NCBI GenBank assembly: GCA_002269645.1
Contig: NIVC01000094.1
Span: 1,256,548 to 1,294,626, forward strand
Origin: Macrostomum lignano
Lineage: Eukaryota
Length of the DNA stretch: 38,079 bases
Direction: 5' to 3'
Shown: in pieces, positions 1 to 11,000 of the stretch
Layout: each line of letters starts with the position of its first letter
How positions within the stretch are numbered: the first letter of the stretch is position 1
Translations under genes and position numbers: made by a program
Notes under the pieces: generated by a model
Database searches by the model: none
Told to the model about the DNA's origin: nothing
The model's input: only the letters and a program-made list of their open reading frames with translations

Positions 1-245
1 AATCAAAGTTCTACGTAAATAGAGCAGTGAAAAGTACGAAATATTTCTATTAGTGCAATCAATTTGATAAGGTTATTATACTACTATAAGTAGAAAAATC
101 TCGTTCTGAATTCCATTTTTACTGGGATGCAAATTTCTGTGTTTATCAATATTGCGCCGGTTCGGGTTCGGTGAAAAATTTACACATTAATCTCAGTTTC
201 TGAGGCCGCTTCTTCAGTTTTTTTATCGCGAGGGAGTTGAGCGGA

Positions 246-3200
246 TTAATGTTCAGCGATTCCCTGCAGTTGCCGGGGGCCGCCGCGCTCAGTCGGGAGG
301 CTGCTGAACTCCAAGTTGGTGCAGCTGCCCTGCCGGGAGCCCATGCGCCACTCCATGCCATCGTCGCGGAAGCTGTACACCAGACTGTCCTGGTCAGGCG
401 TACAGCAGCTGCTCCTCCAGGCCCAGCGTCTTCTCGTCCACTGGCTGCTCCGCTGACACAACGGCATTGGGATTTTCGACAATGTCGCCGTCCGAACGGC
501 GAGGCGACATCTCGCAACGATGCCGACGGTCAGGCTGGCCAGCTTCGACAGCAGGGCGGGCAGCAGCAGGGCGAACGGGCCGCTGTACAGAGAATGCGCG
601 GGTTTGTTTGCGGCCAGGACTGACGTTGCGGTGAGCAGCAGGGCGGTGGCGAGCATGTTCAGCAGCAAGGAGACCGAGGGACTGCCTGCGGAGGAAAGAA
701 GCCCGAATCAGTCCTCCCAGTGACTAGAGTTCCCGGATCCCATCTCACACTAGCCAGAGATGCCAAATGAATCCCATCTCACACTAGCCAGAGATGCCAA
801 ATGAATCCCATCTCACACTAGCCAGAGATACCAAATGAATCCCTTCTCACACTAGCCAGAGATGCCAAATGAATCCCATCTCACACTAGCCAGAGATGCC
901 AAATGAATCCCATCTCACACTAGCCAGAGATGCCAAATGAATCCCATCTCACACTAGCCAGAGATGCCAAATGAATCCCATCTCACACCAGCCAGAGATG
1001 CCAAATGAATCCATCTCACACTAGCCAGAGAATGCCACTCATCCGATCCATCACACCAGAGATGCCAAATGAATCCCATCTCACACTACAGCCAGAGATG
1101 CCAAATGAATCCATCTCACACTAGCCAGAGATGCCAAATGAATCCTATCTCACACTAGCCAGAGATGCCAAATGAATCCCATCTCACACTAGCCAGAGAT
1201 GCCAAATGAATCCCATCTCACACTAGCCAGAGATGCCAAATGAATCCCATCTCACACTAGCCAGAGATGCCAAATGAATCCATCTCACACCAGCCAGAGA
1301 TGCCAAATGAATCCCATCTCACACTAGCCAGAGATGCCAAATGAATCCCATCTCACACCAGCCAGAGATGCCAAATGAATCCCATCTCACACTAGCTAGA
1401 GATCCCAAATGAATCCAGTCTCACAGTAGCTAGAGATGCGAAATGAATCCCATCTGAAAGTAACTAGAGATCCCAAATGAATCCAATCTTACACTAGCTA
1501 GAGATCCGAAATTAATCCCAGCTGAAAGTAACTAGAGATCCCAAATGAATCCTATCTCTCACTAGCTAGAAATCCAGAATGAGTCCCATCTACCACTAGC
1601 TAGAGATCCCAAATGAATCCAAGCTCACACTAGCTAGAGATCCCAAATGAATCCCATCTACCACTAGCCAGAAATCCCGAATGAGTCCCATCTACCACTA
1701 GCTAGAGATCCCAAATGAATCCCATTGGGACATGAAAGCCCTCAGATCCCATCGATGTTTAGAATCGAAGATCTTCAAAGCGAAATTATCGATCGAATTT
1801 TGTCGCTACAGATTGCGCCAAAGGCGCAAAGCAGTTTTTGCATGCAGAAAATTAATCAAATTCTCTTTCTCAGCCTTGCAAGCAAGCCCCCTCTTTGATC
1901 GGCAGAGGTGGCGCTCAGGTGCGCGCAGCAGACAGACAGACGAAAGCAAAGGCCACAAAGGCAAGAAGGCAGCTGGGGATTTCCGGATGAAGCAAAGCCG
2001 CCAGGCGCAGCTGAACTCAAATTGAGCGCTGAAGAAATTGCCCAGCAATTTAGCCGCTAGAGCACTGGACAAGGCCAATGACAGGACGATGGTGACTGAG
2101 CGATACAAATATAGCACTGTATGAAAGTTGCCATGGAGGTGTACCACTAGCCACCATCGTGTAGAAGGTGAATTACAGGGCTTAACTAAATAGCTGGGAG
2201 TTTTATAAAGCAGTGTAAAGACCCTGTGAGAACCGTACAGACCCTCTGAGAACCGTACAGACCCTCTGAGAACCGTACAGACCCTCTGAGAACCGTACAG
2301 ACCCTCTGAGAACCGTACAGACCCTGTGAGAACCGTACAGACCCTCTGAGAACCGTACAGACCCTCTGAGAACCGTACAGACCTGTGAGAACCGTACAGA
2401 CCCTCTGAGAACCGTACAGACCCTCTGAGAACCGTACAGACCCTCTGAGAACCGTACAGACCCTCTGAGAACCGTACAGACCCTGTGAGAACCGTACACA
2501 CCCTCTGAGAACCGTACAGACCCTCTGAGAACCGTACAGACCCTCTGAGAACCGTACAGACCCTCTGAGAACCGTACAGACCCTCTGAGAACCGTAAAGA
2601 CCCTGTGAGAACCGTACAGACCCTGTGAGAACCGTACAGACCCTCTGAGAACCGTACAGACCCTCTGAGAACCGTACAGACCCTGTGAGAATCGTACAGA
2701 CCTGTGAGAACCGTACAGACCCTCTGAGAACCGTACAGACCCTCTGAGAACCGTACAGACCCTCTGAGAACCGTACAGACCCTGTGAGAACCGTACAGAC
2801 CCTCTGAGAACCGTAAAGACCCTGTGAGAACCGTACAGACCCTGTGAGAATCGTACAGACCCTCTGAGAACCGTACAGACCCTGTGAGAACCGTACAGAC
2901 TCCACTCAGGAACCATACAGACTCCTCAAAACCGTACAGACTCCACTCAGGAACCATACAAACCCCCTCAGAACCGTACGGACTCATTAAGAATCGTACA
3001 GAAACAAAACAGGTTCATTCAGAACACCAGAGGCCCTTCAGAGCGGCCCTGCACAACCCCAGCCACAACGAGAGCAGCAAACAAGCCGCGGACTCAGCAG
3101 GCCTCACCATTCAGCCTCCGAGCCACGATCAGCCGGGTCGCCTGCAGTCCGCAGAAAGCCATCAGCAGGGCCACTTCAAAGGCGGTGATGGTCACCTCCA

Positions 3201-3399
3201 CGGTGGCAGCGGCTCCGGAGGCGGCAGCGGCCGTCGTTCCTGCAATGGGGACGACGCGACAGCCGTCGAGCGGCGAGTGCCGGCCAACCCCGAGGCCGCC
3301 GGTCCGGCAGCTGCACAGGACGCCGGCCAGAGCGGCTGGCGCGGTCAGCAGCAGGCTGCCAGCATCCGCCACCAGCTGGACGGTCCGCAGAGTTGACAT
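246..3399 (-). CDS. Orphan predicted four-TM membrane protein, 2 exons (3399-3108 and 685-246)
   Basis: Donor AAT G|GTGAGG at 3108 and acceptor ttcctccgcag|GC at 685 are both phase 1. Joined, they give MSTLRTVQLVADAGSLLLTAPAALAGVLC...TITAFEVALLMAFCGLQATRLIVARRLNGSPSVSLLLNMLATALLLTATSVLA...PFALLLPALLSKLASLTVGIV, with four hydrophobic segments. The start and the C-terminal frame are uncertain. Confidence 0.55.
737..1724. repeat. Minisatellite, 34-bp unit atcccatctcacactagccagagatgccaaatga, about 29 copies, degenerate on the right
   Basis: Direct periodicity (771, 805...); lies in the intron of the 4-TM gene. Confidence 0.95.
2217..2900. repeat. Minisatellite, 20-bp unit gaccctctgagaaccgtaca, about 34 copies
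   Basis: Direct periodicity; degenerate tail to about 3000. Confidence 0.95.
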
Positions 3400-3690
3400 T
3401 TGTTTCGATTCCCAATTTGAGACGCTCAAACGACTATATATAGATTAGCTTGGGTTCGCGAAGCAGTTGCTTATTTGGAACAAAGTTTGCGGACACAGGA
3501 TGGACCCCACTCCTACCATAGACATCCGCTGGCTGGCAAAAGTTCATTGCGCACTTTTAACAAACTCTGAGGAGAGGAGTTGGCACCGTAGATCGCTTCT
3601 GATGCACGACAGTCAGCCGCAGTACCGCTCTGCTACCCAGGCCTCCAACTAAATCATAACAATCTACAAGATCCTTGTTCTTTATTTAAC

Positions 3691-4363
3691 TACACCTTTT
3701 TGCGTTCTATTTCGATAAAGCTGCATTCAATTTCGGCAAACTGGCTTTCATTTTCTGCATCAGCTACGGTCGCACATTCAAACTGCATTCGAATTCGACA
3801 AACCGAGAAACGATTTCGGCAAACTGCACTCGATTCCATCAGCGCCAATCTAAAAGGGGAATAAATACAAAAAGAGGAATGCGTATCACTTGTGCACGAA
3901 TACTATGTACATACTGTGCAATTGTTTCTGGCTATGCACTTTGTTTCTTCGCGCGCTATTGCTTGCTGATAAGTGCACAGGTTTTTGCACAGGTTTTTGT
4001 TCAATTACACCTTAACTGTACTCCAAATGCAGTACTTGTTCGGAATTAAAGAAATCCATCTCCTCTGTTTTTATTCCCTTCTTAGATCAATTGGCGCTGT
4101 CGAAATTGAGTGCAGTTTGCCGAAATTGAAAATCAGTTTGGGTTTAGATGCGCTTATTTCCATAGACAGTCTGTGTCTGAGGCGCTGCTGTCGAAGTTGA
4201 ATATACTTCGATATTCAACTTCGCGATTTATATGCCGAAATCGTTTCTCGGTTTGTCGAATTCGAATGCAGTTTGAATGTGCGGCCGTAGCTGATGCGGA
4301 AATTGAAAGCCAGTTTGCCGAAATTGAATGCAGTTTTATCGAAATAGAACGCAAAAAGATGTA
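3691..4363. mobile_element. MITE / foldback non-autonomous DNA transposon with about 130-bp terminal inverted repeats
   Basis: 3691-3820 is the near-perfect reverse complement of 4234-4363. The ends read TA-CACCTTTTTGCG...CGCAAAAAGATG-TA (possible TA target duplication). A second inner inverted pair lies at about 3813-3880 / 4060-4128. No transposase ORF. Confidence 0.8.
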
Positions 4364-4446
4364 ATGCTAGCTTGGCAAAACGCATCCTCTTGTGGACACA
4401 AGGCAAAAACCATGTGAACTGTTTCTGTTAGAACCTTGACTTTTTT

Positions 4447-5100
4447 CTATTCGACTCGAGTGGCCCCGTCTTGGTCCGCCTTGAACGACGATGTTGCAAC
4501 AAGCGGTCGAGCGTCGCCGTCGCCCTCAGCAGGCTCGCCTTGATTCTCTCCATCAAATCCATCGTCGGCGTCGACTTGGTGAAACGCGCCGCAGAGCTGG
4601 CGGCAGGCCAGGGTGGCCACCGCGGCGCAGTAGGCCACGTTCAGGGCGAAACCCACGCCGATGAGCGCCAAAGTTTTCGGCGAGTTGCCGGACACGGCGA
4701 GGCCGTGGAGCAGCGCCGGCACGCTGGAGCCGGCCTGCACAGCGGCGCAGGGCAGCGCCATGCCGTTCAGCAGCACCAATCGGAGCGTGGCGCGCTGGCG
4801 CCGCTTCCGCCTGACGGTGCCGCGGCCCATCTGCAGCCGCAGCTTCCTGGAGATGACCGCGGTGACCCCGGCGCCAGTGTAGATGCCGCTGAAGGCCAAG
4901 CCGAGCAGGGATGCGGCCGCCGCTGCCGTGTAGAAGCCGGAGTTGAGCTGCGCCTCCGAGTCCAGGCTGGCCTGTGTGTAGAGTCGAGCTACGCAGATCA
5001 AAGACGCCGCCTGACCGAAGAGGCCCAGAGACAGCTGCACAGCCGATGGCAGGCCGCAGTCTGCGGCAGAGCCCGAGGCCCGGCTGCCGGAATGGAGCAT
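4447..5100 (-). CDS. Orphan multipass membrane protein (about 4 TM, partly GPCR-like), 217 aa; may be a terminal exon
   Basis: GC-rich non-repetitive ORF preceded by an acceptor-like ctctcag|G ATG. Hydrophobic segments VQLSLGLFGQAASLICV, TAAAAASLLGLAFSGIY, LRLVLLNGMALPCAAV and LALIGVGFALNVAYCAAV; basic loop RRKRRQR; acidic tail. Confidence 0.55.
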   Translation of the reverse strand: MLHSGSRASGSAADCGLPSAVQLSLGLFGQAASLICVARLYTQASLDSEAQLNSGFYTAAAAASLLGLAFSGIYTGAGVTAVISRKLRLQMGRGTVRRKRRQRATLRLVLLNGMALPCAAVQAGSSVPALLHGLAVSGNSPKTLALIGVGFALNVAYCAAVATLACRQLCGAFHQVDADDGFDGENQGEPAEGDGDARPLVATSSFKADQDGATRVE

Positions 5101-5337
5101 CCTGAGAGTGGCGTCACCTCAGCACCGCTGCGGCTCAGCCGGTCTGATATATTATTTAGAGAAGTGCAGTGTATCCAACCCAAGCGCTCCCGCTTCTGCT
5201 CTCTTGGTTCCGTCCAATGGTTGCAAGGCCAACCAATCGAAGGAAGGGCAGGAAGTCGTTGGTTGGCCCGTCTATGGAATTGAAATTTTAATGGGGTCCG
5301 CAAGATTTTCTTATTGAGCTTTGAGCTTCGCGGGGAT

Positions 5338-5979
5338 GATCTACAGAACCTCCTCACTCGATAGCCTGATCTACAGAACCTCCTCACTCCATAGCCTGAT
5401 CTACAGAACCTCCTCACTCCATAGCCTGATCTACAGAACTTCCTCACTCCATAGCCTGATCTACAGAACCGCCTCACTCCATAGCCTGATCTACAGAACC
5501 TCCTCACTCCATAGCCTGATCTACAGAACTTCCTCACTCCATAGCCTGATCTACAGAACCGCCTCACTCCATAGCCTGATCTACAGAACCTCCTCACTCC
5601 ATAGCCTGATCTACAGAACCGCCTCACTCCATAGCCTGATCTACAGAACCTCCTCACTCCATAGCCTGATCTACAGAACTTCCTCACTCCATAGCCTGAT
5701 CTACAGAACCGCCTCACTCCATAGCCTGATCTACAGAACCTCCTCACTCCATAGCCTGATCTACAGAACCGCCTCACTCCATAGCCTGATCTACAGAACC
5801 GCCTCACTCCATAGCCTGATCTACAGAACCTCCTCACTCCATAGCCTGATCTACAGAACCGCCTCACTCCATAGCCTGATCTACAGAACTGCCTCACTCC
5901 ATAGCCTGAACTACAGAACCGCCTCACTCCATAGCTTAATCTACAGAACTATAAACTCCACAGACTGATCTACAGAACC
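5338..5979. repeat. Minisatellite, 30-bp unit gatctacagaacctcctcactccatagcct, about 21 copies
   Basis: Direct periodicity. Confidence 0.95.
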
Positions 5980-6320
5980 GTTACTAGGCAGATCTATAAG
6001 ATGTATTTTCTTCCAAAATTGCAGTTTTTGACTACCGATATTTATCGTATTCATATTTTGATTGATAAAACGCAGCCATCATGCATCATTCAGCTCAGGG
6101 TTGGCTGCATTGAGAGAAGCGAGGCTGACAAGGCCAAAAAGTGCTCTTGAAGCGCACCGATTGTCATCTCACTCCCCGGCATCTGGCATTCGTCTGGCGC
6201 TGAAATATCATCCTTCCTTTTCGTTCTTTTATTTTCCTCCAGATGGGCCGATTCTGACTGCATGGCAGGTCAGAATTTTCTGGAATGAAACCTTTTGTCC
6301 ACCGGGACCGGAACGAAAAG

Positions 6321-7022
6321 CCTGAACCAAGGAGACCCAGAGCCGCAGTCTGGAGTGCCGACTCTTCCCCAGACTAACCCGCCAAAACTGAACCAAGGAG
6401 ACCCAGAGCCGCAGTCTGGAGTGCCGACTCTTCCCCAGACTAACCCGCCAAAACTGAACCAAGGAGACCCAGAGCCGCAGTCTGGAGTGCCGACTCTTCC
6501 CCAGACCAACCCGCCAAACCTGAACCAAGGAGACCCAGAGCCGCAGTCTGGAGTGCCGACTCTTCCCCAGACTAACCCGCCAAAACTGAACCAAGGAGAC
6601 CCAGAGCCGCAGTCTGGAGTGCCGACTCTTCCCCAGACTAACCCGCCAAACCTGAACCAAGGAGACCCAGAGCCGCAGTCTGGAGTGCCGACTCTTCCCC
6701 AGACCAACCCGCCAAACCTGAACCAAGGAGACCAGAGCCGCAGTCTGGAGTGCCGACTCTTCCCCAGACCAACCCGCCAAAACTGAACCAAGGAGACCCA
6801 GAGCCGCAGTCTGGAGTGCCGACTCTTCCCCAGACCAACCCGCCAAACCTGAACCAAGGAGACCAGAGCCGCAGTCTGGAGTGCAGACTCTTCCCCAGAC
6901 CAACCCGCCAAACCTGAACCAAGGAGACCCACAGCCGCAGTCTGGAGTGCCGACTCTTCCCCAGACCAACCCGCCAAACCTGAACCAAGGAGACCCACAG
7001 CCGCAGTCTGGAGTGCCGACTC
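6321..7022. repeat. Tandem repeat, 66-bp unit, about 10.5 copies
   Basis: ctgaaccaaggag recurs every 66 nt; two units lack one C. Confidence 0.95.
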
Positions 7023-7936
7023 AAAGTTATGCCGTCAGCCTGCAGTTGTCTGAGAATGGGGGGGTGAGAGTCGGTACTCCAAGTCTCTGGCTCTGGGCCT
7101 CCTTGCCTGAACGTAGAGAGGCCGACTTTGTCAGCTCACGGGATTCTCCGGGCAAACCTCAGATCGACCTGACGGCCGCTGTCTCATCGATTGCCTCCAG
7201 CGCCTGCCTGTCAGTCACCGCAGCCACCCCAACTCCCCCCTTCCCCAGCAGCCCGAGACCGCCCGCTGAGCAGCTTAATTAGCTGTAAAACACTTGGCAG
7301 CAATTTACACAAATTGTCTCTCCTCTCGCGGACTACTAAAGATGAGGTAGAAACTCTAGGAGGCTGCAAACCGATGTAGAATTAAAGCGTTTTCAAATGG
7401 CTGATTACGCTAACTTTTAGATCTACTTTTTTAATGAATGTACTTTTAAAAGATTATTAAATAAGGCGTCCAGTGCTGAGATTTTGTGTTCAAGATAAAG
7501 ACTATAAATAGAAAATTAAAATAAAGAATAATCAAGGAACACAGAAATAAGATTATTCTTGCTCACAGTGCTGAAAGCCAGAGAAAAAAACTCAAAACAA
7601 AAAATGGTGCATCTTGCATGATTATGGCGCCACAATAAGCTACTGTAAGTAGAATGAATAACATTATTAGCAAAAATTGTCAGGGAAAAATTCTATACTG
7701 AATAAGAATCTGCTTGATTAATGAACAATAAGAAGATAAGGAAGGCCTAAAATTATGAAGGTAAATATTATTTCGAGTAGAGTGGGTGTGAAAAATGGAT
7801 TATAAAGTTTTTATAAGAGTCTAAAGACTTTATCGGGTGCAGAAGGCCATCAGGGTAGCTGGCACTCCTGTAACAATGTACTTTTCTTAACACGATTTCT
7901 AAAGCCCTAATCAAGGACATCCAAGCAGACTGATGA

Positions 7937-8092
7937 TCACTTCACGATGGTGGGCATGGGCTCCCCACGGGTGCACATCACCTCCAGGAACTGCACTCCG
8001 CCGTTCCTGTCGCCCACAATCAGCCGGCGCTCGCCCTGCGCTTCCACGAATTCCATGACGGCCACGCCGCAGTTCAAGGTGTACATTGACAC
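7937..8092 (-). CDS. TEP1: TEP1 exon 24 (terminal)
   Basis: tcgcag|[51 protein letters not shown] (TGA 7939-7937). The ORF track shows a different frame here. Confidence 0.9.
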   Translation of the reverse strand: MSMYTLNCGVAVMEFVEAQGERRLIVGDRNGGVQFLEVMCTRGEPMPTIVK

Positions 8093-11000
8093 CTGCGACA
8101 GGGGTGCGGGGCGTCCAGGTGTGAACTAGTTTCCACCTTGGCAACCACTCTAGTGAACTAGCTTCCGCCTTAGTAACCACCTTAATGAACTAGCTTCCGC
8201 CTTAGTAACCACTCTAGCGAACTAGCTTCCGCCTTAGTAACCACTAGTGAACTATAGTCCACCTTAGCAACCACTCTAGTGAACAAGCTTCCGCCTTAGT
8301 AACCACTCTAGTGAACAAGCTTCCGCCTTAGTAACCACTCTAGTGAACTATAGTCCACCTTAGCAACCACTCTAGTGAACAAGCTTCCGCCTTAGTAACC
8401 ACTCTAGTGAACAAGCTTCCGCCTTAGTAACCACTCTAGTGAACAAGCTTCCGCCTTAGTAACCACTCTAGTGAACAACCTTCCGCCTTAGTAACCACTC
8501 TAGTGAACTATAGTCCACCTTAGCAACCACTCTAGTGAACAAGCTTCCGCCTTAGTAACCACTCTAGTGAACAAGCTTCCGCCTTAGTAACCACTCTAGT
8601 GAACTATAGTCCACGTTAGCAACCACTCTAGTAAACAAGCTTCCGCCTTAGCAACCACTCTAGTGAACAAGCTTCCGCCTTAGCAACCACTCTAGTGAAC
8701 TAGCTTTCACCTTAGCAACCACTTTAGTGAACTAGCTTCTACCTTAGCAACCACTCTAGTGAACTAGCTTCCGCCTTAGTAACCACTCTAGTGAACCAGC
8801 TTCCGCCTAAGTAACCACTCTAGTGAACTAGCTTCTACCTTAGCAACCACTCTAGTGAACTAGCTTCTACCTTAGCAACCACTCTAGTGAACTTGCTTCC
8901 GCCTTAGCAACCACTCTAGTGAACTAGCTTTCACCTTAGCAACCACTCTAGTGAACTAGCTTCCGCCTTAGCAACCACTCTAGTGAACTAGCTTCCGCCT
9001 TAGTAACCACTCTAGTGAACTTCTTCCGCCTTAGCAACCACTCTAGTGAACTAGCTTCCGCCTTAGTAACCACTCTAGTGAACTAGCTTTCACCTTAGCA
9101 ACCACTTTAGTGAACTAGCTTCTACCTTAGCACCAATCTAGTGAACTAGCTTCCGCCTTAGTAACCACTCTAGTGAACTAGCTTTCACCTTAGCAACCAC
9201 TTTAGTGAACTAGCTTCTACCTTAGCACCACTCTAGTGAACTAGCTTCCGCCTTAGCAACCACACGAGCAATCAAGCTGCTCACCCTCTCCAGCTCGAAG
9301 GTGTCGCCGCGCACTTTGGCTCGCCAGACTTTCACCTCTCCGTCAGCAGAGCCGGTGGCGAAGAGGCCTCCGCTGTCAGGGGTCTTCGGGCCGGTCAGCG
9401 GGCACAGGGCGGTGAGCTCGGCCGAGTGGCACTGCAAGGATTTGGAGCGCCACCGCGGGTACCCAGTTACCAAGATGAAAGTGACAGCTGTATCAATAAA
9501 TCATGCCATTTCAGACCCCATCATGCCATTTCAGACCCCATCATGCTATATCAGACCCCATCATGCCATATCAGACCCCATCATGCCATTTCATACCCCA
9601 TCATACCATTTCAGACCCCATCATGCCATATCAGACCCCATCATGCCATATCAGACCCCATCATGCCATTTCAGACCCCATCATGCCATATCAGACCCCA
9701 TCATGCCATTTCAGACCCCATCATGCCATTTCAGACCCCATCATGCCATATCAGACCCCATCATGCCATTTCAGACCCCATCATGCCATTTCAGACCCCA
9801 TCATGCCATATCAGACCCCATCATGCCATATCAGACCCCATCATGCCATATCAGACCCCATCATGCCATTTCAGACCCCATCATGCCATTTCAGACCCCA
9901 TAACGCCATTTCATACCCCATCATGCCATATCAGACCCCATCATGCCATATCAGACCCCATCATGCCATATCAGACCCCATCATGCCATTTCAGACCCCA
10001 TCATGCCATTTCAGACCCCATCATGCCATTTCAGTCTCTTTTACGCCATTTCAGCAAATCCCACCAACAGGCAGAGCGGCGCCTCACCTGGAAGCCTTCC
10101 AGCTGCGGCCCGAAGCTGAGCTCGCTGGCCACCGCCTCCAGCCTGACGATGCCCAGCTGGCCGCGGCCGGAGCAGCCGTAGGTCAGCAGCGCCCGCAGCG
10201 GCTGCTGCGTCAGGCAGACGGCCCGCATCGGTCGCGACTGGCCCACCGGCAGGTCCAGCTTGCGCGACGTGACGGTCCGCCTCACCAGGCTGGCCGACGA
10301 GCCGCCGCTCGACCTGGCGAACTCCAGGCAGCTGACCTCGGCGTCACGCAGTCGGCGGAGCAGCACGCGAGCCAGCGGCGCCCCCGGCCCGGCCGGACAG
10401 GGCTGCACAAAATCCGGCCACGCGTCCGGCCCCGCAGCGGAGTCGGCGGACCCGGCGGGCAGCTCGATGGCCCGGCTGCCGACGCCGGCGCCGCCGACCA
10501 GCAGGAGGCCGCCGGCCCAGAAGCCGGCCACGGTGTCGCGCAGGCAGGCGACAGGCGAGCAGACGGAGGCCGACGACGGGCAGGCCAGGCGGGTCAGGCG
10601 GTCAGGCACGGCAGAGGCCAGGTCCAGCTGCTGCACCGCGGACGCCGATGGCGCACTGGACCGGCCAGCGATGGCGGACAGCTCGGCGGCCAGGCCGATT
10701 GTGGCCAGGCGGAGGAGGCAGCCGGGCAGGCCCTGCGGGATCGGGGAGTCGGCGGATGGTGGGATTAGCTGGGATCTAAGCCAGCGATGAGGCAAGCAGT
10801 TGTGCCCATCCCACTGAACCCTGGCCCCGCGCGCGCTCACACAGGGTGAACAGCGGCCCCGACTTTCTAATCATCAGGCATGTACAGTCTCTGTGTCTTG
10901 GGGGTTGGGTCTCTTGGGCGTGACTTGTACGACAAGAAATCCTTTGGGATCTGGGAATTCCTTTGGGATCTGGGAAATCCTTTGGGATCTGGGAATTCCT

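Noticed and set aside
1806-2216. Hydrophobic unique tail of ORF 1806..2987 as an extra exon of the 4-TM gene
   Set aside because: I found no convincing donor/acceptor pair, and the flanking exons already join in phase. It cannot be fully excluded.
4471-5283. GC-rich plus-strand ORFs opposite real exons (also 10260-10790, 12813-13127, 13793-14356, 15554-16051, 30446-30730, 32916-33398)
   Set aside because: These are antisense shadows of GC-rich coding exons with no recognisable motifs.
6243-6268. Plus-strand 26-nt mini-exon (cctccag|...|gtcaga)
   Set aside because: The splice-like sites are plausible, but no partner exons or homology could be identified.
737-9263. CRISPR-like appearance of the 30-34-bp repeats
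   Set aside because: The units are directly adjacent with no unique spacers, there are no cas genes, and the context is a spliced eukaryotic gene.
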